NCBI RefSeq assembly: GCF_003351905.1
Contig: NZ_CP022339.1
Location: 210,001-242,000, forward strand
From: Candidatus Saccharimonadota bacterium
GTDB taxonomy: Bacteria; Bacteroidota; Bacteroidia; Cytophagales; Amoebophilaceae
Direction of reading: 5' to 3'
DNA: 32,000 nucleotides
Made by a program: the position numbers and the translations under genes. Each line of letters begins with the position of its first letter. Within the stretch, counting starts at the first letter, position 1. Under the pieces are notes generated by a model. It was not told where the DNA came from. It ran no database searches and was given only the letters and a program-made list of their open reading frames with translations. This document shows positions 8,301 to 16,371 of this stretch, in pieces.

Positions 8301-8959
8301 AATTTTCCCCGTCTTTGTAAAGAAGCAATAACTTCTGATATGGGGATCTCTGTTTTTATAAAAACAAACCAAGCTAAAAGAGGAATAATCATGGAAAAGG
8401 TTAGAAACTGCAATACATCTGTAAAGGTAACCGAACGAATACCCCCAAAAGCAGAATAAGCAATAAGAATTAAGGTAGCGAGGATTGTAATTTCTCCGGA
8501 GTCAACTGGTCCTACACAGATACTAATTGTTTTAGAGATTACAACAATTTGGATGGAAAGACTAACAATAGATCGACAAATATTAGATATAGCAGTAATA
8601 ATCCTTGGATACTTACCATATACATGCCCTATGGTCTCTGCCATAGAGAGGTGTTTCATAAATGGTCTCATACGTACTGCCAATCGACTAATAATCCAAA
8701 TGCAAAAACTGCTATCGAAAATTAGAAATATTATCCAATAAAGTCCGATATCATGGATTTTCTCTACCTCACGCACCAACCCTCCTCCACCAAAATTAGT
8801 AGCCAACATTGTAGCTACTAACGTAGCTGTAGCAAACTGTTTATTCCCTACTGCATATTCTCGGAAGGTGGTTGTTTTTCTACTAAAATAAAATCCCACG
8901 GCTAGTGTGAATAATAAAAAGGCCACGACCATTAAAAGGGGTATATTAAGAGATGTCAT
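5366..8959 (-). CDS. Multidomain membrane protein: N-terminal sodium:solute symporter domain, additional TM block, degenerate kinase-like middle region, C-terminal degenerate RelA/SpoT-type HD domain
   Basis: 1197-aa ORF. aa 1-480 are polytopic with the SSF signature region SAFGGIRSVTFTDVLQF. aa ~510-680 carry further hydrophobic helices. aa 1018-1165 align by eye with the SpoT/Rel HD domain (HFGFKRHASGQLFYVRAVGI / ASLLYELVRHT / VLFIKLAERLYDLR / AKETLAIDVRLANEYLG). Confidence 0.8.
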   Translation of the reverse strand: MTSLNIPLLMVVAFLLFTLAVGFYFSRKTTTFREYAVGNKQFATATLVATMLATNFGGGGLVREVEKIHDIGLYWIIFLIFDSSFCIWIISRLAVRMRPFMKHLSMAETIGHVYGKYPRIITAISNICRSIVSLSIQIVVISKTISICVGPVDSGEITILATLILIAYSAFGGIRSVTFTDVLQFLTFSMIIPLLAWFVFIKTEIPISEVIASLQRRGKFQFSTVLHFDTKLAAIVSLILSGIVYYIKPTTIQRLYMASDPLQAQKVFSYGSIFSLLIEGCIILVGLFIFVGTPDLPKEKIWPYIMHNIPPTFKGCFSISLLAMSMSTADSYLNSCAVMVSHDIVGSIRGVKKTLYIYQIRVARLTTIVIGLCAMCVAFWCRDLLKLMFLAIDFSIPIVTAPFILSVFGFRGTSRTALIGMATGTLAILVWSKWVEPLDPEIGIDGAFSCMLANGLAMMAAHYFLKQPKGTGWVKPDSIFTQIKQENARKRAERRETIKNVWVNRKVILANLVPSHTTIVYIGCYTTVTSLLAYFIEHITHHGSWLILQLFVSTCFLGYPFIYDISKKIRLIPAWSIGLCWLIGLTLYLPLNLFWHSWNAENSIFTTSLSLAHCAVILWVLPLYLGIAGLVLTLLVVIYPTSNGLPYPVLCSLLPTFIFILIMFLFTIIICLKVNLGNCMKQVRYLKNQEEIRASQQLKAFLYDVALVPSNGAAPPKGYGFILNQVVRKVEESISFLDNHTPLFKEDLQSIINKFYDWIIYFNRREKAKDHALLQPDKITLEKLIRKVEIALSQEVAAPPKLLVETTSLPNGEPCLDMVCDIHQVVYSLVKSILRIGKLEGPNVPIISIQLYATSLQFKRADPIDSSHAAFIDFQATALVISQATIDSGALLKVKEVYNDTIDATEAQGKKKVLPSIDLEQDTISTIVRAHYGYLEVSIDSQHPTMLLVFPSNVTDILDNMTVELPLDCLTSEGLATPKEQANSMMALMRFHDYICKASHAEDPIDIKIISGLLLLLRQHFGFKRHASGQLFYVRAVGITELVIEWVFHSPKVIYASLLYELVRHTCLPISYIKEHYNLGVYAFVLNVIGIDKRQDLDHPSLLYVQNRLKEAIKEDHVQLSVLFIKLAERLYDLRHAAGYIHLQEVAHMAKETLAIDVRLANEYLGPEIGKLLEKAAKQALEDCKNKENSKRKDKDS

Positions 8960-9197
8960 AATGAGATGAATCTATATTTTTGGATTCTATGTTTTCTCTC
9001 ATTTGGTCTATACCTTCCTTATTTTCAAGGAAAATGTATACAGCTTGATAAAAGAATTCATCTTGAGTCATATTTTTACAATAACAATAATCCTGAATTT
9101 CCTCTATCATATTAGTTGGTAACACTGCTGGTACTTTTCGTGTCTCAATACTTTTATCAGTATCAGTTGAAGTATATTGATCCTCTTGTTCTTTCAT
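8946..9197 (-). CDS. Small ribbon-helix-helix (CopG/Arc-like) protein, overlapping the start of the symporter-fusion gene by 14 nt
   Basis: 83-aa ORF. RKVPAVLPTNMIEEIQDYCYCKNMTQDEFFYQAVYIFL fits the beta-strand/helix/helix RHH pattern (..V.LP......I........S..EFI..AV...L). Its stop is at 8946-8948 and the downstream ATG is at 8957-8959. Confidence 0.6.
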   Translation of the reverse strand: MKEQEDQYTSTDTDKSIETRKVPAVLPTNMIEEIQDYCYCKNMTQDEFFYQAVYIFLENKEGIDQMRENIESKNIDSSHYDIS

Positions 9198-9841
9198 TTT
9201 GTATTAGGTTTTTTTATGAAATGGCATCTAATATTAGTTTGGAAGCTATCCCTTACTTAAAACGAATATAAAAAATATTTATATATATACATACATATGT
9301 ATATATATAAATATGTATGTATTTAAGAAACAAACTGATTATTTAAATTGATTATCTGATTATTATGAAATAGGATAGGGTGGTTAAGAAATATTAAATA
9401 GTATTTTTATTAAAAAAATTTAGTCTAAAGCTAGTTGGATAAACTATAGATTCTTGTTAAAAACAACTAATATAGATATATTGTTTTTCTATGAAATTCA
9501 GTAGATTATGTATCTATAAAAGATATTAAGTATTTTTTAAGGATTTAACTTTAGGTATTGAAGACTTAACTTTCAAAGATAAATCGAAACACCTACTGTA
9601 ATCTGTTTAGAGAGGCTATTGGGAGAACCTCAACTTGATAGCTTACAAAGAATTAATTAAAATCAGTCTATGATTCTGGTTCTGGTTCAGAGTATCCCCA
9701 AACCGCTTTGTTAGTATTAATATGTTTGATTATATTTATATGTATATATATACGGCATGCTTGTTGATTGTATACTAAGAAACAATTTCTAAATCAGACT
9801 TAGATCTGGTTGCTTCAATTTCAGTTCAAACATAGTAAAAA

Positions 9842-10102
9842 ATGAAAGAAGAAGATCAAGGTAATACAACTGATACTGATAAAAGCATTGAGACACGAAA
9901 AATACTTGCAGTTTTACCAGTCTCTATGATAGAGAAGATTCAAGATTATTGTTATTGGAAAAACATGACTCAAAAAGAGTTCTTGTATCAAGCTGTAGCT
10001 GCGTTTCTAAAAGGGAAAAAAATTGAAAGTAGACCAGATTCAGTTAAGTATAGAGATGAATTCCTTAGAAAACGTAAAGCTAAAAAAAACAACATACCAT
10101 AG
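9842..10102 (+). CDS. Small ribbon-helix-helix protein, inverted paralogue of 8946..9197
   Basis: 86-aa ORF MKEEDQGNTTDTDKSIETRKILAVLPVSMIEKIQDYCYWKNMTQKEFLYQAVAAFL. Most positions are identical to the other copy over the first ~55 residues and the similarity is also clear at nucleotide level. Confidence 0.6.
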   Translation: MKEEDQGNTTDTDKSIETRKILAVLPVSMIEKIQDYCYWKNMTQKEFLYQAVAAFLKGKKIESRPDSVKYRDEFLRKRKAKKNNIP

Positions 10103-10578
10103 ATGATTAACCTATTTGCATAGCAAATGACCCTCTTGGTAGTATGTAATTTTTTTGCATTGCACTTAAGTAAGAAGTGATGCTTGCTAATTTTTAATAT
10201 TTCTCCAAAGGGGTTTTCAACTGAAGTGGACGGACTATATTATTACTTAAATTACAACTCTGAATGAATACGAAAAATAGGTTAGTAAAAGAATAAAATC
10301 TAAGAAGATATATAGTAATTGTGATAATCTGACTTTAGGATTACAGATTTTTTAATCTGATAATCAACATTAATAAAGAATTATTGCATCTACTTTACAT
10401 AGAACTAAATAGAAGGCTTATAGATAAATGGTTTTGATTATCATTATATTATATAATATTGCAATAAAACCAAATACAATACCATTTCATTAGATACAAA
10501 CATTAATCAATTAAGTATTATAAGTTACTGTAAATCAGCTAGATAAATACCGGATTTAGGTTATTGAGTAATAATATT

Positions 10579-10968
10579 TCAGGGGTACCAAATAAGACTA
10601 TCTTCGTCCGTCCGTACACACACCATATGTTTCGGTTCAAAGACACCTGTATTAAATAGAGCTTTGTTCACCCAGTACACGTCTCCATCTTTAATTTTTG
10701 CTAATAAAGCTTTAGTGCATAGTTCCGCTAGCCCATCAGATGGATGCGCTATATTGATATATCTCATGAATCTATTAAATTCGTTTACTCTAAATAAGAA
10801 CTTTTCTTCTGTAAATGCTTGCTTATAAATTAGGTACTTTATGAGATGTCGAGCAGTATTTGAAAGGTCATTTATAAAAGATTCATCGAATATTTTTTCT
10901 GATTTATAGTTTAAAAAAGGGTTATAAGAGAACCTTTTTAAGTCTTCTAAATTGTGTTTTTTAACCAT
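10579..10968 (-). CDS. Hypothetical protein (paralogous fragment at 1235..1500)
   Basis: 129-aa ORF starting 12 nt downstream of the ankyrin gene on the same strand. No family recognised. Conservation with the remnant at 1235..1500 argues that it is a real coding sequence. Confidence 0.5.
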   Translation of the reverse strand: MVKKHNLEDLKRFSYNPFLNYKSEKIFDESFINDLSNTARHLIKYLIYKQAFTEEKFLFRVNEFNRFMRYINIAHPSDGLAELCTKALLAKIKDGDVYWVNKALFNTGVFEPKHMVCVRTDEDSLIWYP

Positions 10969-10980
10969 AACTCAGTTATT

Positions 10981-11715
10981 TTATAGTGCATGCTGTTCCC
11001 ATGCATAAGACTGGCGTAATTGATCAACATATTCATGGTAAAAAGACCATTTGGCTATATCAACAGGCGTTTGGTTATACTGATTTTTAATGCGTACATT
11101 AACGCCTTTTGTTTTAAGTAATACTTTAGACACTTCTAAGTACGCCTGACAAGTTGCCAAATGCAATGCAGTACTGCTATATTTATTTTTTGCATTGATA
11201 TTTATAAATTTGTTCTCCAGTAGCAGTTGTACTACTTCTATTTTTCCACTGTATGCCGCTAAATGTAAAGGCGTATTATCATCTTTATCTCTGGCATTTA
11301 TATCAATACCTATTGTATTCAATAATAGTTCAACTGTTTCTACATCACCATTATTGGTTGCTAAATGAAGAGGCGTCAAGTCATCTTTATCTTTACTATT
11401 TACGTTAATAAAAGGTTGATCCAATAATATTTGAATAATATTTAAATGCTTTGCATATACTGCCAAATGTAGTGCAGTATCACCATCTCTATTTTTAATA
11501 TTGACATTAATTTCTTTTATTGTCAATAACATTTGAATGTGTTCTACATTACCTTCACATGCTGCAAAATGTAACGAGGTATCTCCATATGTATTTTTTG
11601 CATTCACATCAATTCCTTCAATTTTAAGTAGTTTGTTAAGGCGCCCTATATCATTAATGACTGCTGCCCAATGTAGGAAAGTATTCTCGTGGTCATCTTT
11701 TGCATGCATTAACAT
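10981..11715 (-). CDS. Ankyrin-repeat protein (about 6-7 ANK repeats)
   Basis: Repeated ~33-aa units with G(D/N)T.LH.A...G....(V/I)..LL...(G)I(D/N)VN.K(N/D): GDTSLHFAACEGNVEHIQMLL, GDTALHLAVYAKHLNIIQILL, LTPLHLATNNGDVETVELLL, NTPLHLAAYSGKIEVVQLLL, STALHLATCQAYLEVSKVLL. Confidence 0.9.
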   Translation of the reverse strand: MLMHAKDDHENTFLHWAAVINDIGRLNKLLKIEGIDVNAKNTYGDTSLHFAACEGNVEHIQMLLTIKEINVNIKNRDGDTALHLAVYAKHLNIIQILLDQPFINVNSKDKDDLTPLHLATNNGDVETVELLLNTIGIDINARDKDDNTPLHLAAYSGKIEVVQLLLENKFININAKNKYSSTALHLATCQAYLEVSKVLLKTKGVNVRIKNQYNQTPVDIAKWSFYHEYVDQLRQSYAWEQHAL

Positions 11716-12135
11716 CTGATCTTTTTGATTTAGTAAGCGTTAGGTGATTCATTTGATAGATTATTCCATTTCTTAACAGATGGCTATGCGTCATATGCAT
11801 ATACACCTTAAATTTATATGACTGTATTAGGTAAGTGTAGTTTAATGCATTAATTTTAACTGATAACGAAATATATGCACGAAATATATGCATAATATAA
11901 GCTATATTCATATAAAAAAGAATATATAAATGCAAGTTAATATCGTATATTAAATCTATTTTAACTTTATAAATTCTTTTACAAGTTTTTTATCTACTTT
12001 AGCGGTTAAGAAATCCACAATTATATGCGTAAGAAGAAATTAGTATGACTACATCACACATTTTTCAGTGCGATCCGCAAGTCACCATTTTATAAAGTTT
12101 AAATTCTTTTTCCTTAGGTATCAATCATATAACAC

Positions 12136-13104
12136 ATGTCAACCAGACTAAAACATGATGCACTAGTTAAGAAAATCCTAACACAACAAGAGGCTGCTCA
12201 AGAGTTTTTAGCCCATTATTTACCATCAGAGGTCAAAGGAAAGTTAGATTTAACCCGAATTACTATTGAAAGAGAATCTTATGTGGAGCATAAGCTCAGG
12301 AAATCCCTAAGTGATCTAGTCTACTCGGTACGAACGAAAGATAATGACCAGGCATTTGTCTACATACTTATAGAGGCAGAGGTAAAACCTAATTACTGGA
12401 TTGCACTGAAATTGTGGCAATATATGCTTCGTTTATGTGAGCGCCATAAAAAAAGAGATAAAGACAAATTACCTCTGATCGTACCCATTTTGTTCTACCA
12501 TGGTAGTAGACCCTTTAATGCACCAAAGAATTTATGGGCATTATTTAGTGGTCCAAAGCTTGCTAAACAGCTTATGGGTGGAGACTATAAACTGGTAGAT
12601 TTACAGTCCATATCAGATGATGATATCAAGCAAAAGAAATATCTAGGAATGCTTGAATATGTTATGAAACATATCTATCAGCGAGATATTCTTAATCTAT
12701 GGGAGGAATTTTTACAAAACTTTAAACCTTATATTCTACTTGACAAAGAAAAAGGCTATATTCATATTAAAAATTTCTTATGGTACACTGATAGCAAATT
12801 ACCTGAAGATAAACAAAAAGACTTAGAAAGAATCATCGATCAACATTTACCTGAACAAGATAAAGAAGATATTATGAGAACTATAGCACAAAAATATAGG
12901 GAAGAAGGGGTTCAAATTGGTCAGAAAAAAGGGAAACTAATGGGTATCCAAATTGGCCAAGAAAAAGGCAAGCTAGAGGGAAAGTTAGAGGGCAAGCTAG
13001 AAATAGCTAGAGTCCTATTGTCCGAAGGAGAATCGATAGAAAGAGTCATACGCCTAACCGGCCTATCTACTGCTCAGCTTAAAGGCCTTAAACCAACTAA
13101 CTAG
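12136..13104 (+). CDS. Rpn family recombination-promoting nuclease / putative transposase (YhgA-like PD-(D/E)XK, Transposase_31)
   Basis: 322-aa ORF. The N-terminus HDALVKKILTQQEAAQEFLAHYLPSEV...LSDLVYSV....AFVYILIEAE...LPLIVPILFYHG matches the E. coli RpnA/YhgA layout. The C-terminal tail is of the type GKLEGKLEIARVLLSEGESIERVIRLTGLSTAQLKGL. Confidence 0.8.
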   Translation: MSTRLKHDALVKKILTQQEAAQEFLAHYLPSEVKGKLDLTRITIERESYVEHKLRKSLSDLVYSVRTKDNDQAFVYILIEAEVKPNYWIALKLWQYMLRLCERHKKRDKDKLPLIVPILFYHGSRPFNAPKNLWALFSGPKLAKQLMGGDYKLVDLQSISDDDIKQKKYLGMLEYVMKHIYQRDILNLWEEFLQNFKPYILLDKEKGYIHIKNFLWYTDSKLPEDKQKDLERIIDQHLPEQDKEDIMRTIAQKYREEGVQIGQKKGKLMGIQIGQEKGKLEGKLEGKLEIARVLLSEGESIERVIRLTGLSTAQLKGLKPTN

Positions 13105-13116
13105 GTAGGTATTTTA

Positions 13117-14464
13117 GGAAGTGTTCGATGAACTGTGTCAATTCCTAAAAGAGTTATAAATTAAATAATTAACGACTAAAGGTTTTTAGACATGGAAGAG
13201 CATATGAACAATGATTACGTTGGTTTAGTAGATTATAAAGATTTGGAGGAAAACATTTTGTCCTCTATCCGTTTAGGTAAGCCATTGACAGGCAAAGGTG
13301 GGGCATTAACCCCTCTGATAAAAAAGCTTCTAGAGGCGAGTCTAGAAGGTGAGATGGCCCATCATTTGTCTAGTGAGAGGATAGTAAATAATCGAAGGAA
13401 TGGTAAAAGTTGTAAAACTTTTCGTACAAGCTCTGGTTCCTTTGACTTGGTAACCCCTAGAGATAGAACAGGTAGTTTCGATCCACAAATAGTTAAAAAG
13501 CGTCAAACAAATCTTCATCCTGAACTGGAAACCAAGATTTTAAGCATGTTTTCTAGTGGTATGAGCTATAAGTCTATAGCCGCTCATATTGAAGAAATCT
13601 ATGATCATAAAGTATCAGCTGCTGAAATATCGGCTATTACAGATAGCTTATTGCCAGTAATAAATGAATGGCGTAACCGTCCTCTTCAATCGGTCTACCC
13701 CATAGTTTTTATGGATGGTATGTTTTTTAAGGTTAAAGAAGATGGGAAATGTGTAAGTAAATGTCTGTATACCTTATTAGGCATAGATCAAGAGGGTAAA
13801 AAAGAAGTGTTAGGCTTCTATTTATCTGAAAGTGAGGGAGCTAATTTCTGGTTAGGTGTACTCAACGAGCTTAAGGCAAGGGGTGTAGAAGATATCCTTA
13901 TTGCCTGTGTTGATGGACTAAAAAGCTTCCCTGCAGCCATTAATAACGCTTTTCCCAATGCACAGGTGCAGGTCTGTGTAGTACACCAGATACGCAATTC
14001 CATCAAGTATGTAGCTAGCAAAGATGTAAAACGTTTTTTAACTGATTTAAAGCAAGTATATCAAGCTTCAAATAAGGAAGTTGCAGAACATTATCTATTG
14101 GAATTAGAAGAAAAATGGGGAGAAAAGTATCCAATGGTTATCAAATCTTGGCAAAACAACTGGGAGCATTTGTCTGGTTACTTTAAATATTCAGATCCTG
14201 TCAGAAGGCTAATTTATACGACCAATCCAATAGAAAGCCTCCATAGACAAATTAGACAGTTTACCAAAACAAAAGGGGCATTTACCAGTGTCAATGCTTT
14301 GTATAAATCAGTATATTGCGCTATCAAGAAGATGGAGGATAAATGGACTATGCCGCTCAGAAACTGGGCACTGACCATATCTCAGATAGACATCTTTTTT
14401 CCTGGAAGAGTCAAATCTGAGTTGACGTGAAGCCCGAAACTGACACAGTTAATTGAACACTTCC
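13117..14464 (+). mobile_element. IS256-family insertion sequence, apparently intact (1348 bp)
   Basis: IRL GGAAGTGTTCGATGAACTGTGTCAATT (13117-13143) matches the reverse complement of 14438-14464, GGAAGTGTTCAATTAACTGTGTCAGTT, at 24 of 27 positions. A single transposase ORF fills the element. The flanking 8-mers differ (GTATTTTA vs TCAGGATC), so there is no target-site duplication. Confidence 0.85.
13192..14430 (+). CDS. IS256-family (Mutator-type) DDE transposase
   Basis: 412-aa ORF with family-typical strings: LLEASLEGEMAHHL, NGKSCKTFRTSSGSFDLVTPRDRTGSFDPQIVKKRQ, MYKSIAAHIEEIY, IVFMDGMFFKV, ACVDGLKSFPAAINNAFPNAQVQVCVVHQIRNS, TTNPIESLHRQIR. Confidence 0.9.
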   Translation: MEEHMNNDYVGLVDYKDLEENILSSIRLGKPLTGKGGALTPLIKKLLEASLEGEMAHHLSSERIVNNRRNGKSCKTFRTSSGSFDLVTPRDRTGSFDPQIVKKRQTNLHPELETKILSMFSSGMSYKSIAAHIEEIYDHKVSAAEISAITDSLLPVINEWRNRPLQSVYPIVFMDGMFFKVKEDGKCVSKCLYTLLGIDQEGKKEVLGFYLSESEGANFWLGVLNELKARGVEDILIACVDGLKSFPAAINNAFPNAQVQVCVVHQIRNSIKYVASKDVKRFLTDLKQVYQASNKEVAEHYLLELEEKWGEKYPMVIKSWQNNWEHLSGYFKYSDPVRRLIYTTNPIESLHRQIRQFTKTKGAFTSVNALYKSVYCAIKKMEDKWTMPLRNWALTISQIDIFFPGRVKSELT

Positions 14465-14644
14465 TCAGGATCAGAAAACATTGATAATAAACTATTTGAA
14501 CCTTTATATGCTTTTTGGCCATTATATATACAGATATTTAATATGACCGGTAAAAGAACATTACCTTTTTCTTTTAAATGCTGGCGTATTAGCTGAATGT
14601 TGTTATCTAAGCAGAGGAAGTCTCCTTCCCCTACTCGACTTCAA

Positions 14645-14677
14645 AACCGGACGTGATAGTTTCCCATCATCCGGCTC
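14645..14677 (-). ncRNA. Group II intron domain V (AGC triad type)
   Basis: The minus strand reads GAGCCGGATGATGGGAAACTATCACGTCCGGTT, the canonical domain V hairpin with a GAAA-type loop, located just downstream of the IEP stop. Confidence 0.8.
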
Positions 14678-14696
14678 CTCTCTGGTTTGGTGCCTG

Positions 14697-16371
14697 TCAT
14701 GCACACCTTCTGTGTAATTCATCATGACAATGTCCATGCAACATAGATAGGTTTTGGTATGTATTATTGCGTCTGTTTCGGTCTCTATGATGTATTTCTA
14801 AGATATCATCATGTTTGAACCAAAGTTGGCAATAGTCACATTTACCCTGTTGTAGATTCAATAGTTTTATTACTCTTGGTGACTTATCTGGTATTTTCTT
14901 TAGACGATTCCCCCAGTAAATCCAATCACCATCGTATGGTGAGCGGGTTCCTTGCACTTTGACATGCTTTTTAATGTCATGGTCTCCATGCTTAATAAGT
15001 GTAATTTTATTACTTGTCATAAATCGCCAATTGTCATTGCCATACTTTTTGAAGTATCGTCTTTTAATCCAACGTTTCCCTTTGTTGGGGTGTCTATACA
15101 TTGCCCATTTCCAAAGTTTTTTATGCATCAGATCATCCATTCTGCTAAAGTTCCTCTTTGATCCTATAGAAGAAGCATAATATTGACTCCATCCTTTAAT
15201 GATAGAATTGAGTTCTTTTATTACTACTTCCTGTGTCATTCCTCGCATTTGCTTAAGCTTATGTTTGATCTTTAGATTGTGGTGTTTACTGGATTTATGA
15301 CTTGGTTTAATAGATAACTTGTAACCTTTCTTATTGTGTTTTGTTGGAACATGTCGTATGTTAAATCCTAGAAAGTCAAATCCTGGTTGGTCGCCTTTTA
15401 CTGTATGTGAAATCTTCGTCTTTGATGGTTTTAGTTCTAAACCAATGGTTTTTAACCATGTTTCGACTATAACCTTTGCCTTTTTAATGATTTCTTCATC
15501 CTCGTGAATAACAACAAAGTCATCAGCATAGAATATTACACTGATATATCGTTGAGCTTCTTTACATGATGCTTTCCCTCTTTTCTTTTTCATAAACTGA
15601 AAAAGTTCTTTGCTCAGCTCTTTCTTGATATGATCTTCCAATCCATGCAGTGCCACGCAGGCCAAGAGTGGAGATATTGTTCCACCTTGTATTGTACCTT
15701 GTGGTGTGGATATAAACTTTCTATCTTCCATTACTCCAGCGTTTAGCCAACCTTTTATAATTCTTTTAAAGGTGGGGGTAGTGTTGAGTTTTTCCAATAG
15801 TACGTTTTGGTCGATCTTATCAAAACATTCAGCAATATCTGCGTCTAAAACATATGCAGTTTTTTTGACCATAGTGATGAATATTGCTTCAATTGCATCA
15901 TGACATGACCGCCCAGGTCTAAAACCATAAGTGTTTGGAGCAAACTTTGCTTCCCACTCTGGTTCCAGGGCCATTTTCATAAGTGTTTGTTTTGCTCTAT
16001 CAGATATAGTGATAATGCCTAACGGTCTTTTGTCATTTTTCCCAGGTTTGGGAATCCAAACTCGTCTGGATGGTTGTGCTTTAGCTCTTAATATCTAATG
16101 AATAGGCTAATTCTATTCTTTCTTCTTGGTTAAGATTTGCTTTCCCATCAATACCAGCGCTCTTTCTTCCTCTATTGTCCTGAGTTACTCTTCTGACTGC
16201 TAGCAATTTTGCACTTATGGAATTAAGTAATAGTTTTTGAAGTTTATGTACATTCTTGATATCCTTACGTTTTTCAGCTTGGTAAATTCGCTTTTGTAGC
16301 TTGAATACTTTTTTCTCTAGCTTACGCCAGGGAATTATATCCCATTTATACCAAGTTTTATCTTGGTCCAT
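14697..16371 (-). pseudogene. Group II intron-encoded RT-maturase-HNH endonuclease, interrupted by one frameshift/stop near 16080
   Basis: The upstream ORF (16371..16081) carries RT domain 0/1 (LLAVRRVTQDNRGRKSAGIDG). The downstream frame has ..AQPSRRVWIPKPGKNDKRPLGIITISDR..YGFRPGRSCHDAI..FYADDFVV..KGWSQYY.. and the HNH region CDYCQLWF...EIHHRDRNRRNNTYQNLSMLHGHCHDELH. The two parts are offset by +1 at TAA 16083-16081. Confidence 0.85.

Noticed and set aside
7032-8741. Short ORFs 7032..7238 (-), 7412..7594 (+), 7587..7886 (+) and 8553..8741 (+)
   Set aside because: They are embedded in or antisense to the 1197-aa symporter-fusion gene. Their translations are low-complexity mirror images of membrane-helix codons, so they are treated as shadow ORFs.
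9279-9330. TA/TATG-rich tract (tatatatacatacatatgtatatatataaatatgtatgta) as a replication origin or structured element
   Set aside because: It is low-complexity AT sequence in a divergent promoter region, with only imperfect symmetry, and there are no DnaA-box-like repeats or flanking replication genes.
11693-11935. 80-aa ORF upstream of the ankyrin gene, and 11537..11719 (+)
   Set aside because: The 80-aa ORF lies in an extremely AT-rich promoter-like region with a Y/I/N/K-dominated translation and overlaps the ankyrin gene start. 11537..11719 is antisense to the ankyrin gene. Neither has supporting motifs.
13818-15903. Antisense ORFs 13818..14021, 14952..15161, 14959..15180 and 15706..15903
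   Set aside because: They lie opposite the IS256 transposase or the intron RT ORF, both of which have strong family motifs.
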